A DNA stretch of 64,000 nt from Takakia lepidozioides (Eukaryota > Plantae > Bryophyta), in NCBI GenBank assembly GCA_030704615.1, contig CM060731.1:4960001-5024000 (forward strand), written 5' to 3'. Shown here piece after piece: positions 23,301-35,092 of the stretch (positions are counted from its first letter, which is position 1; each line of letters opens with the position of its first letter). The notes beneath the pieces were generated by a model. The model worked only from the letters and a program-made list of their open reading frames with translations. It was not told the origin of the DNA and did no database searches. A program made the translations under genes and the position numbers.

Positions 23301-26300
23301 TGCCTCAAAGGTATCAAGATTCTGTGAAGGCCATACAGCCAGGGCTCCCACTGTTTCTTTACAACTACTCCACTCGGAGCTTGCATGGGGTTTTTGAGGT
23401 CTGCTCTCCCCCATAAAAGGAAAATCATTTTCTGATGTTTCTTGATATCTCAACTTAGGTTTTTGCTATGTACATATTTCTGCAGATTCCTGTCAGTTTC
23501 CTGTCAATAATACTCTTGCTCTTGTTTAGTAGTTCATGCTTACCATGCGGATGCCACAAGAAATGACATGAATGCAAGACCTTAGGTGATTCCACAATGA
23601 CCGATATGCATCAGAGTTTCTAAAGAGATTCATGTATATTGAGGACAAGATCTCTCTCGAATAATACGGACAACAGTTAAACCACCATACAAGAATCACT
23701 AAAATTGTGTACATTGCTAGAGGGTGTCCGTTCCCTTTGCTCAACAACCACTTCTCCCTCTAAAAGTTTTGGTTGTTGCTATGTTTATTGAGTAAACTAT
23801 AAACCTGATGGAGCTATTTACCATGCCAATTGACTCCACATATTGACAGAGGTCAGACCATGCAAACAGCTAGTGAAACCAGTCTTTACAAGTGTGGTAG
23901 CAAAAGAGGCTGCTGATTTTGTGATTTCGCTTTTCTATATTAGGCAGCAAGTGATGGAGGCTTGAATCTTGAGCCAGATGCATGGGAGAACAAAGAAACA
24001 CGGAAGGTTGGTAGGCAGGCCTCCCGATTTCCCGCACAGGTAACCCTACTTTTGCACACTGTGTGCTTGTCCCAGTGGCTGCATATTTCCTGCTCTTGGA
24101 TGGAAGACACCAAAACGTTTGCCAACCTGGGTTGTCAAATCACTCTGACTGCTGGAAGTATTGGAAAGATTTAGTAATTGCAATTTGCAACACTGTGATG
24201 GTCTACGTTTACTTTTAGTTGGCCTTGTATAATATTCATGTGGAGTGGTGCAGGTGAGAGTGCGCTGGCGGGAACAGAGACCACCGCTTGATGAAGAGAA
24301 GTTTCGCCCATTACTTTTTCACTATGATGGCCCAAAGTTCAAGCTTGAGCTCTCGGAGGCTGAGGTATGCACTCATATTCAAGTAATGAATTTCCCTTTG
24401 GGTCAACTGTCATCAGTAAATGGTTTATGTTTTCAAATGCTCCTAGATCTCGTAAATGGTCTGTGCCATACTAAAATATTTGCAAGGGTCTCTGGCACTC
24501 TTCACCTTCTCCCTTTCTTCTCACATCTTGCTTCACTGATGATTTTCCAGGCAGAGAATTTGTTGAAGCTATTTGGAACTCCCAGCAGTCAGAAGATGGA
24601 GGAAGTCCAGGATGACTGTGGAGGCGAATGGGAAAAGGTCAAAAACAAGAGTAAAGTGACTCGTGCTTACCGTCCCCCTCCTTCCAAGAGATCCACATCT
24701 CCAAACTCACCAGCGGGACGAAGACGATCAGGTGCTCGCCATGCAAGTGTGCCCCTTATTAGTTTGAATACTTCAATGAATGGTGATTCTTTTGGTCGTG
24801 GGAGAGAGAGCAGGGCAGATATGGCCCAAAGATGGAGATCAGATTCAGATTCCTGGAGTGGTTCTTCAACTGCCACAGCTTCTTCTAGTTGGGCCTCACA
24901 GGATGAAGAGAGGCCCAAGAAAGGGCACCTCGAAAACGAGGGATTGATTGCTGATGCAAATGGGGTAGCTCTAACATGTAGTGAGTTTAATAACATCCAT
25001 TCAATGGAAAAGGCGTTTGACCAAGCAAATGATTGCTTTGAGAATGTGAGTGATGGGGACTGTGCAAATACTGAACACTCGACTAGTGAGGTTCATGTAA
25101 GCAATGGTGGGGGTCCCCCATTGGGTTTGCGGATACCTGTCCCTCCAGGTTTTGTGTCTTACAGTGCAGCTTTGAAAGCTGGGATGTCTGCAGCAGACAT
25201 GGAAACATGTAATGGAACCAGCAATAGTTCTACTGCAGTGCATGACGATGGGAACATCACGAGTACTAGCGGGAGTGTGGGGAATAGTCGGGCTTCTTCC
25301 GGCTGTGCCCTGATTGCAAACGGTACACCTACGCAGGCAGATCTGCAAGGAGACATAAAGCTAGCACCTATGAAACAAAATATAGACTCTGGGTCACGCG
25401 GAAAAGGTTTCCATGCTGAAGGCGGGATTAGCAGTACGCAGATTTTGGGATCTTCCAAGTCAATTGAACAGGGAAGGGGAGAGCCCAAAGATGAAGAAGT
25501 GGTCCTCGAAGAAGAGGGGAGAAGGCTAGATAGGGGGCAGGTATGGGCCCACAGCAAGTCCACTTTGGCCAGGTTGGCACTCACAGAAGCCAGGAATGGG
25601 CTTGCAGTAGGGGCACGTGACAGCCCACAGTTAAATGGAAAAGCTTCCATTGGTGACTCATGTGTGCAGTCAAAGAAGGTTTTGAAGGATGGGTCTAGAA
25701 ATATCTTGATGGAAGGTGAGAGTGCAGACACCAGCATTACCGGCCATCAGGCACGAGAGACAGTACTGGATGACAAGTTTAGAAATGAGACAACAGAAGC
25801 TGTTACAAAGAAAGCTTGGCAAGGGAATGATGTGGCTGTGCTTGGCCGGTTGCATGATACTGACCCTGCAGTGAGCAGCAATTGTTCAATGAATGATAGT
25901 TCTGTAGGCCATCGGTTATCTCCACGCTCTGACCTCATCAAGGAGACGACAGACATTGTGGTTAAAACTATGGCTTCGCACCTTCCGGTCACATCACCTG
26001 CAGTGGTGGAAAGGGTGCCATTTGTCCAGTCTTCAGTACCTGAGGGGCAGCAGAATCATTGGCCAGTGGATAAATTTTCTGGGCCTCCTCCACCTTCAGT
26101 AGTGTTCCCCTCACCTCATGTTAAGCCTTATCCACAGGTCTCAACATTACCGCCAAGCCGGCCTGTACATGAGTCACGCCGAAGCCAGCAGTATGACCAC
26201 TTGAAGCATGAGAAACATGTTGATGATAGGATGCATTTCCACAAACAGCAAATGCCTGCTCCTGAACAAGCCCCCACAGTTCTGCATTCACAGCAACAAA

Positions 26301-29300
26301 GGCAACTTGGACAGGGCTTGATGCTTCTTCGAATCCCGACCCCTCCCGTAACTCCTGTGCACCAGCATCATCATCCCCCAATATTGTCACCTGCCCTTCC
26401 GACCCCTCATTACCGTGACCGTTCGCATGCACGCAATCGTTCTGGTGCAGCTTCAGTAGATGGGGGGTCATATGGAATGGCTTATCGCCCCATTAGCAGT
26501 GGCCCACCAGATGGAGACATGGGAATTCAAAGCCCTGTTTTGCAGGGTGTTCCTTCACCAATGATAAGTGTGCAGCCTATCTTGTTTCCCCTTTCGGGAA
26601 ATGGCACATTTCCACTGCCTCCAAATGATTTGCTGGGAAACGTGGAAGCATTGCATGCAGAGATTTTGGAGTATGCCTGCATGGCAAGGCCATCAGCAGA
26701 TGCCAGGATTTGTGCAGAGGCTGCAGTGGATTGTGTTAGAGAGGGTGTTAAGCGACTCTGGCCCAGCGCAGATGTTGAGGTGAGAGTGATTTTTCCTGTT
26801 ATGTTATATACCTAGGCCAACTTGGATAGGAGACTAATATAGATAACCAGATCGGCTGTGTTTTCTAGAAGGGTGGGCTCTCTGCGTGGTGTACAGTTCC
26901 AGGATCTTTCAGGTATTGTTGAACCCAGTTTCTTTCTGAAAGACTCTTCAGTTCACTGACCTAGCGGACAGCGATCCTACCCAAGATAACACTGGTCTTT
27001 ATCTATGGCCAGGTCTTTGGTTCCTTTGCAACTGGGCTGTGCCTTCCACACAGTGATGTTGATGTGGTAGTGGTGGATTCACCACCCCTTCCTGATACAC
27101 CAGAAACAGCTACCTTGTTTGGGTCCCGAGCCCTAGCTCCTCTCGTTCGGGTACTCGGAGCAGCTCTCAAGGAGTATGAGTGGTGTGTGAGCTTATCTAC
27201 CATTGAAACAGCTTCAATGCCTGTGATCAAGCTTCGCTGCAGACCCTCCACAATAGCTGCAGAAATTCTATCTTCGTCCCCATCCCCTGCAGTCGCAATT
27301 GATATAACGATCGGAGGGAGAAAAAAGGGGAATTTGGGAGGGGCCCAGACCACACAGGGAACAGAGGGTGCTGGAAACAATACACAATTGAGTGCAAAGT
27401 TTGAAGCAGCAACGAAATTTCACAATGGTGTAGCTGCAAGGGAATATGTTATTGAGAAACTCCGTGATTTCAGTGCCTTGGCACCACTGGTACATTCCCC
27501 ACACCTTCATATATTTATGGGTTTTCTGTGAAATACTCTCTTTAATTGTACCCTTTCCCTTGTGGACATTATTAATTCTCTGCTCTTCTGTCCTTCCCTC
27601 TGTTTTGTACTACGGTGTTGTTCTACTTGCCCTTGGCAGATACTGCTTTCTCTTAAGAGACTCCCGGAGTCTTTGGCAGATGCCTTCAGCTTAGTGTCTG
27701 GCAGCTTAGCTGCATGAGGCACTTCGTCTTTGGGCTACTCTGGGCTTTCATGTTGTTCTACTTTGTCCCATGGGCCGTTAAGTCTCTCTGTCCCTGCTTA
27801 TCAAGCACTTATGTCCCATAAGCTCTATGGGCTTTCGAGGGACTTTGTTAGTTTTCTTTCTTGCTCTGTGTTTCTCCATTTGGAGAGACAGAGAATGTAC
27901 TCATGAGACATTTGCTGTAGCCTTGTGGCTAGAGACCCCGCACCTAGTTTGGAGAAGAGGGAGAAATGAAATGAAATGGTGCTTTATAACGTCCGCGGAA
28001 AGCTCATAGAGCTTATGGGACAAAATGGAAGAACATGAGAGAGGAACAAATCCAGAAACCACAATTAATGTTCTAGCGATTGTCTAAGGGTGAAGGCCTC
28101 GTGCAGGTAGGCTGCCAAGCATTTTTTATCCTCATAGTGGAAGACATCAGTGAGAGTTTGGGTTCCACTGAATAAACAGTGGAATCTCCCACGGATCTCG
28201 TAGTATAGAGGGCAGTAGAAGAAGAAGTGTTCTTCAGTTTCAATTTCCTTGCTGCGCCCTATGGAGAGAGAGAATGTACTCAGACGTTGTTTGCCGTAGC
28301 CTTATGGCCTTGGAGAAGAGGGAGAGAGAGATACATTTTCACTCCTAGATCCATACATGTTCTTCATATTCTGAGTCCAAATCTTACAGGTGCTACTGCT
28401 GAAGTCATACCTACACCACAGAGGGCTCAACGATGTGTATTCAGGAGGCCTCGGATCATTCTCCCTAACACTGATGCTAGTGTTCTATTTGGAAGTAAGT
28501 CTCCCCGCCTTTTCCTTCAGTGTCTTTTTCTGAGGCTTTTCAAATCATGGCGCGAAGTTTAGTGGTTCCCAGTTAAGTCTGAAGCATGCATGTCACTAAG
28601 TGTCGCCAACTTGGCTGGGATTTTTGAGGAGCAGCTTCCTTACATTGGAAAAACTCCAGTGACATTCTTCTGTTGTTCAAAGAAGTGGCCTTCATTTTGA
28701 GCATGATGGAATATTTCATGCCAGCAACAACTTGTTGCAATATGGCTGCACCCTCATTTCAGACTAAAGGGTACCATCACAACTCTCAGAAATGGCTATT
28801 CTGCTGTACATGTGGGGGAATCTTGTAAGAAGAGGCTGCGTCACAAGGAACTGATTAACCAAATTTATACAGATTATGCAAAATGTTCATTTAACATTGG
28901 ACTGGCTCTCAGGGTCATAGTGTGGTATGCAGTGTAACTGTCTCCATGGGAAGGGGAAAAAGGGCCCTAGGGACACAAATAGGACATCAAAACAAAACAG
29001 AGAACAAATTCCCAGAAACTAAAGAACTACTCAAAGCTCATGAGGAAGAGAAATGAAATGAAATGAAATGGCACTTTATAACGTCCGCAGAAAAGCTCAA
29101 AGAGCTTATAGGACAAAGGGGAAAAACAAGAAAAAGAGACAAAAACACAGCCAAAAGCAGCCCAAAGCAACTACTGCTCAAGGGAAGAGAAAGAGAAAGA
29201 GAAAGATTACATCAAATTCTCTCATTCTTGTCTTTATGTGGTGTTTCTCTGCAATGGCAGCGGGCACCCCTGTCTTGTGGTACACCCCAGAAGGTGACGC

Positions 29301-31424
29301 CTCAGGAGGCACCATCAGCTCCGTCTCCAACCTCCTTTACAAGCTCAGCTCCCCTGATCCAGCCATTTGTCAGCACATCTCTTTCAGCACCCTCTTCAAA
29401 GAGAACTGATTCACTCGACTCTTTTGATGACAATTCATCTTGCTCGTCGGCATCAACTGACACAGCCTTGTCATCAATCAGTACATCCACTTCCACTGCT
29501 TCCTCTTCTGAGGATTCTTTGCTACATGGTGGGTATTTTCAATGCATAGTGTTTCTTTTGTCTACATTGTTTCCCTCTTGCAGGGCAGTCATCAGATTAG
29601 ATTTCAAGTAGACTTTTGCAGGCTTAATGCAATTTTTGGAGGATCATTGGTAGTGAAGTGGAGTTAGCAAGACAGTGCATTCGGCGAGGTCAACATTATG
29701 AGCCAAAGGTTGAACCATTGAGCAAACTCAGTAATAGCTGTTATATCAGCACAATATTGTGCAAGATTCATGCCAGTACCTGAGGAAGGCAAGTTTGAGG
29801 CTTGGCACACCAGTGCCACACTCAGTCATTTGGGAGGTAAAGCCCATGTGGCCACAAACACTTTAACTTTATGTGTTGCTTCAGTCCAACATATGCAGAC
29901 ATAAAGTTCTCGAGATAAATGAATTTGGAAGGGCAATATGTGCACAGGAGGGTTGTCAGTCGTGGAGGATGGATCAGCACGTTTGCAGTCTGGCAGTGGC
30001 GAGCCCCTTGTGCGGAGGGCAGGGGGCATCGTGGAGGAATTGCTGGGGTCAATGCACTCAGTGCAATCTCCAAATTTAGGGACATTGTTGATAGGGTTCC
30101 TGCAGATTTTTGGGATGGAGATTGATTTCTCACATGTGCGCCTTGTCTTGAAGGTTCAACTATACACTGCCTCTTTTGATTTTTCCTTTGCTAGTCTACC
30201 GCTAAAGAGAGTTGTTAGACATTCTGTTTCAATATCTGCAACCTCAACAGAGATGCAAGAAACTTATCGTTCGTGATTACACATCTGTAAAATACTCAAG
30301 CTGACTGGCATAGCACTAGATGCTGTGGGGCTGCTGTGGTAGTTGCACAGAATGTGTGGGAACCTAAAGCATTGGCATGATGACACTGTTGACCGCTCAA
30401 TCTATTGAACTCGTTCTTGGTGGGAATCGCAGGGGAGAAATGGGAGTGGTGGGGGGGGTTTGTTCTGGAACGAAAAGATCCAACGGCCAGTTGCCTTGTG
30501 GATTGACGACCCACTTCGTCCTGGTGCCAATATTGGAGCTGGCTCCTTTGCCATGTTTCATGTGCAAGTAAGTCTATCTGTAGATCTTCTTGAGCTTTAG
30601 GGCACGCTACACCAATGGGGATGAGCTACTTGACTCCATAACATCGAGTGTCCGTCCTGAAAAATATTAGTCGGTTTTGATGGAAATTTGGAGGTTCTCA
30701 ACATGGCACAAAGCTACTGGTTTCTATTGATGAACAAGTGGACTAGAAGTAGCTTAAGGCCCTTTCTATGGAATAGCCTGAAGTCCAAAGTAAGAGTAGG
30801 CTGCTTGTCTATGAAGAATAAGTTAAGAAACTGGGAAAAGGTGACCAGTGCCTCTTGGGCATCATGGTAAGGAAAGCTTACCGTTTGATGTAGTGTATTG
30901 GAGGTCCTCGAGTGAGATTCTCACTTTGCAATCTTTAGAAATTTCTGGTATGGTGAAGACTTTTTGGAAGGCCAGGATTGGGCAAGCCTTGTGATGGTAT
31001 GGCCTCTTCTCATCTCACCTCTTGTCCATCCTCACTATCCATCCCCCATTGAAACCTGCCAGAGGCTCTTTGGCCACAGGGCTGTGGCAAGTGCAGTTAA
31101 TGAGTGAATACCTGAAAGCTTTAGTGCCTCTACCTACAAATTGCTGATGGACTTGATTCGTTCCGGATTACTATTGACTCTCTAAAATTGGACTTGTTAG
31201 CTTTATCCCTTGTTAGCTTTATTCCTGTGCCTGACTTTTAGCTGATCCTATTGAAATTGCAGGTTGCATGGCAGGACATGCTGCAACTGTTGACCAGGTC
31301 TTCGGGATCACCAGGTCCTGTGCTAGCCTTAGAAAGGGTTGGAAAAGGTCCAGGCCGTAGGCGACCCTTGCCATTGCTTGACCAACTATTTTTCAATGGC
31401 AGCAATGCTCCTGCAAACTCATAG
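20349..31424 (+). CDS. DCD (Dev_Cell_Death) domain fused to a Trf4/PAPD5/TENT4-like non-canonical poly(A) polymerase; 11 exons, 1349 aa
   Basis: All introns GT-AG with matching phases. Exons: 20349-20508, 23298-23398, 23944-24039, 24254-24364, 24551-26779, 27013-27489, 28390-28494, 29261-29528, 29948-30153, 30433-30567, 31263-31424 (4050 nt). Exons 1-4 encode DCD motifs GGFIFVCNNDTM..HLFGLP.RY.DSVKAIQPGLPLFLYNYSTRSLHGVFEAASDGG.NLEPDAW..SRFPAQVRVR..HYDGPKF.LELS. The C-terminal part has VEVFGSFATGLCLPHSDVDVVV (GS, DxD), the third Asp in IDITI, LLLKSYLHHRGLNDVYSGGLGSF, NLGTLLIGFLQIFG and the PAP-associated LWIDDPLRPGANIGAGSF. Confidence 0.88.
27890..28325 (-). mobile_element. Composite intronic insertion: LINE B 3' stub, LINE A 3' fragment and a second LINE B 3' stub
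   Basis: AATGTACTCA..GTAGCCTT(G/A)TGGC stubs at ~27894-27945 and ~28273-28309, LINE A end at 27965-28260, and a 16-bp direct repeat TTGGAGAAGAGGGAGA at 27949-27964 and 28310-28325. Confidence 0.8.
29050..29185 (-). mobile_element. LINE family A 3'-end fragment in intron 7 of the DCD-TENT gene
   Basis: (GAAAT)n-GGCACTTTATAACGTCCGCAGAAAAGCTCAAAGAGCTTATAGGAC matches the family A terminus. Confidence 0.8.
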
Positions 31425-32040
31425 ACATACATCTCGCAGGAAGATTTTGATCTTTGAACTGTATTTTCCAACACATGCTCTTCCAAACACATTTCTCATC
31501 TACGGAGAAAAAGTACGCGGTCTGTTCAGAAACGTGTTCTGATATGGCAACTGACATCGACATGTTTAATGCTTAGAGGGATTGGTGATCCGAGTTCCTT
31601 GACAAAGCCAGGAAGAGTGTTCCTTTCTGAGTGCTGGAGCTCCCAATTTTGTACGTGGGTGGACAAGTGGATGTGATACCGCTCACGTCTGGAACTGAAT
31701 AATGAACTGCAGCTGATTGTTCCAGTGAATAAGACATGACAGGATGCTTCCAAGATAAGACATGGTTTGCACTCGGTCTCGCACATGATGCTGTGGGTGT
31801 TACACAATGGGGATTAAAGTTAGAATTGATGCCAAATGACTCTTGTTCCTTGAACTGAGGTATGGAGAATGGGGGAACTGTTGCAAGGGGATCATACAAT
31901 CAATGTTGATATTTTTTTTTAACACTGTAACTGCGCTTGCATGGTTTCAGACCACTCCAAGGACATGGTAATAATGCAACACAGTAAATTACATTTGTTG
32001 CGCTGGAGTCCAGCCAAAACACATTAGCTCTCAAATTACT

Positions 32041-32082
32041 TTCGAGATTGAGATTCGAGATTGAGATTCGAGATTGATTCGA
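32041..32082. repeat. Short tandem repeat of a 13-mer (TTCGAGATTGAGA, about 3 copies)
   Basis: Directly visible: ttcgagattgagattcgagattgagattcgagattgattcga. Confidence 0.8.
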
Positions 32083-32179
32083 AATAACCAGCCAAGCGAA
32101 AACATGCTCATTTCACACACCAGCCCTTACATCCACAAAAGATTAAAATTCAGATTTGGTAAAATCCCATGGAAGTATA

Positions 32180-32253
32180 CGACCACGATGGGATTCGAAC
32201 CCACGACCTTTGGATCCGAAGTCCAACGCGCTAATCCACTGCGCTACGCGGTC
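32180..32253 (-). tRNA. tRNA-Arg-TCG: tRNA-Arg (anticodon TCG), intronless nuclear tRNA gene
   Basis: Minus strand GACCGCG TA GCGC AGTGGATTA GCGC G TTGGA CTTCGGA TCCAA AGGTC GTGGG TTCGAAT CCCAT CGTGGTC G forms a complete cloverleaf. T-runs lie downstream and the upstream region is AT-rich. Confidence 0.96.
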
Positions 32254-32760
32254 CGGATGTTATACGATGAAGATAATAATTAAGATATACTAATATATTT
32301 CTAGAATTTTGTACATTATATGGTGATCTGTTGATCGCCACCATTCAATCTGTACCGGGTGCTCATTTGCAATTTGGACGCATTAAATTGTGGTTGCACA
32401 GCTCCAATATATAAAGAGATATATTTAGTCCGTAATACGTATGTCAAAATTGTTGGCAACTCTCATAACCAATCTTTGGAGGTGCCTCGCTAATGTGGCA
32501 TGTTTGTATTACGTACGAGCAGAGTGGCACTTCCCAAGCGTTATTCTGCTACCTCATTGATTACCCACTGGCAATGCAGGAAACAGGTGGTGCCCCGAAA
32601 TGTGAAAAATCCATTATGTATGCTCGGTAGAGAGCAGGGGCCACTAGGTACTGGATGTAGGTGCTACTTAGAATTAAGTTCCACGCATCAATCACCCAAC
32701 CCTTGTGTAGGGAAGAGGAAGAAACAAGAAAGGTAGGTAAGTGTGATTTGTGTATTGTGG

Positions 32761-32985
32761 GTTTTTTGTTCTTTTTATTTCTTTTTCTTTTTTTGTTTTA
32801 AAGGAAACCTGAGAGCGACTGCTCACAATTCAGGCCCTTGAGGAGGGGGAAAAATTAACCCCATTTCAGATAAGCCATTAGGCACACGATTGGGAACGTC
32901 ACCACCAGACCACCTGGTGACGAACAATCCACCGCGCAGGGCAGCAGGTTCGAAACCTGAACCACGTACCACCTGAGCTAAGCCA
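32761..32985 (-). mobile_element. tRNA-derived SINE copy (degenerate)
   Basis: Minus strand begins TAGCTCAGGTGGT..GGTTTCGAACC and ends in an A-rich tail (T-rich on plus, 32761-32800). The body motif GAGCGAC.GCTCACAA.TCAGGCCCTT is shared with 55995-56022. Confidence 0.6.
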
Positions 32986-33334
32986 ATGTGCTTTGTTGGC
33001 TCTCTTGTAGAGAGAGACTTTGCAACATGTTGAAGTCAATGGAGACGTGGTCAAAGGACCTTACGCCGTGTCAAGGCTCTGATTGGTGTGTTGTGCCCCT
33101 TACTTCACCTCCTCTTATGTTTTGTCAAAGCAAGAGAGCCCATCGCCGATTTAGGCTTGTTCTTTTTCTAGAAAAGGGGACTGAATGCAAAGAAAATTGA
33201 AAATTGAATTGAAGGCAAGGTAAAATAACCATGCAGGGAAGCCATGAGACATGAGACCAACAAGGGGGACACCGCGCAGTGTTTTGGGTTCTCTTTACAA
33301 ATTGATATGAAAGTCCTTGCATCTGTCTTTTCCA

Positions 33335-33925
33335 ATGTTGGGCGGTTATTTATTCTTGTCTCTAATAACAGTTGGTTATCTATCCGGTTATATATATATG
33401 TAACCGCAGGAGATGAAAACTTGAAATAACCGGTCCCATTAGGAACCGATAGAGTGTAGGCATACAAGTAACCGGTCCCAATAGTAACCGGCAGAGGTCA
33501 AAATTTTAAAAATTGATGTAGACAACCGGTTGGGTGTTTTTTAAGTGGACGGTTATGAATATATATATTGGGTCTAATAACCTAAGGTTATGAGTGGCGG
33601 TTATGAGGTGTGAGTCCTTGGCTAAATTCATGAATGAGCTTGCCACGGCTGTATATATTGAAGCACATTGAAACATTATGATAGGACATTGTATGTTTTG
33701 AAATCCCCAATGATGAGCCCAATTTATTTAGTAATTCCAGATGCATGTGTCATATATCTTAAATATATCGGCAGGGCAGCTCTATTGTACTAATGTAGGC
33801 TTGAAAATATATTTATGATTGATAGAAGTTTCAGCTATAATTCCATATTCATTTTTAAATAAATAAATATACATAACCGGTTGTATAACCCTCAATTATA
33901 GCAAAAATGATAACCGGATTTATGG
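33335..33925. repeat. AT-rich element with many TAACCG/CGGTTA motifs; probable non-autonomous DNA transposon remnant
   Basis: About 10 copies of (T)AACCG(G) in both orientations, including TAACCGGTCCCA twice (~33428, ~33469). No clear TIR or TSD was resolved. Confidence 0.4.
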
Positions 33926-34199
33926 GTACCCGACCAAGAGACTGTCGGTTTGTAAAAGCCGGATGCTGCAAAGAGCTATCTTGCTCACACTCTCATGGTC
34001 AAAGAAAAGGTAATTTGCAGTATAGTTCGGGTCAAGTTCTTGGCTCAAGGGTGAGGACGAGGTGGGGCAGTTCTTGGGTGAAGGCGTGTACCTACTGCAC
34101 AAGCACCGTCTCATTACCTCTCACTGCGTGTCCGAGTGGGATTCACGGCTCAGTGCCCCTTCGGATAGGCATGGATGATCCTTTGTACAATGCTCTTCT

Positions 34200-34490
34200 C
34201 CACAGGTGCAAAACCGGCCCCCACCTTACATATCCGAGCTACTCATGTGGCAAGTTAACTATCACTTACCCACCCACCGGGAGAGTGAAAGGAGATTGTT
34301 CAGAGTACACGCTTTGGAAGGTACCTCTGCTGTGGAAGTTCCTCTTAGGTCCGTTGTCTCTGCCTTGCTTGAATTATACCATGCTTCCACCTTTGCTGGC
34401 CATTTGGGGGTTATCTAAAACTGTAAAGAGATTGCAAGAGCAATATCACTGGAAGGGCCCTATGTAAGGCAGCGTGGATGAAAGAGGAGT
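34200..34490 (+). mobile_element. Ty3/gypsy integrase N-terminal (H2C2 zinc finger) remnant
   Basis: Frameshifted reading VP...LLELYHASTFAGHLG / KTVKRLQEQYHWKG from ORFs 34206-34418 and 33907-34467. Confidence 0.6.
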
Positions 34491-34579
34491 TGTACAGTTT
34501 GAACCAAGGAGGCACCCTAGCATATTTTAATATGTATTGCTGTGTGCACAAGCTGGGACTGCACAAGATATCATTCTGG

Positions 34580-35092
34580 AGACAGCCCTTACTCACATAT
34601 GCCAAATGCAGGAGCATCAGTTCGACAAAATGGCTCCACATGTTGTGCTCTCATGTAGGATATGCTCAGCATTGGTATGGTAGGGAGGCTTTCAACATGT
34701 ATGAGCAAATGCAACATAACGGGGTGACACCCAATAGTGTCACATTGATTTCCATTCTCAATGCATGTGCCAGCCTAAGGGAACCTTGGAAAGGAAAAGC
34801 AAGTCCATGCCAACATCAGCAAAGCTGGAATGGCATCATGTATCATTCTGGAGAATAGCCTTGTTGAAATGTATGCTATTGTTACTCTAGTGCAATGCTC
34901 AAAGGATATGCTCAGAATGGTTGTGGTAGGGAGGCTTTTGACACCTACAAGCAAATGCAACACCAAGGGGTGGTCCCGGACAAGGTCACAATCAACTGCA
35001 TTGTCAATGCGCATGCCAGCCTAGGAATCCCGCAACAGGGCAAGACAGTCCATGCTGGTATCATCAAAGCTGGCATGGTATGCCTGTTTTAA
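34580..35092 (+). pseudogene. Fragmentary PLS-class pentatricopeptide repeat (PPR) pseudogene
   Basis: YAKC.SI, GYAQHWYGREAFNMYEQMQHNGVTPNSVTLISILNACASL and MLKGYAQNGCGREAFDTYKQMQHQGVVPDKVT..NAHASLG..QGKTVHAGIIK, interrupted by deletions and frameshifts. Confidence 0.8.

Noticed and set aside
24245-26815. Stand-alone 856-aa single-exon protein
   Set aside because: It is exon 4, intron 4 and exon 5 of the DCD-TENT gene; the start is a GTG near a splice acceptor and the stop lies in intron 5.
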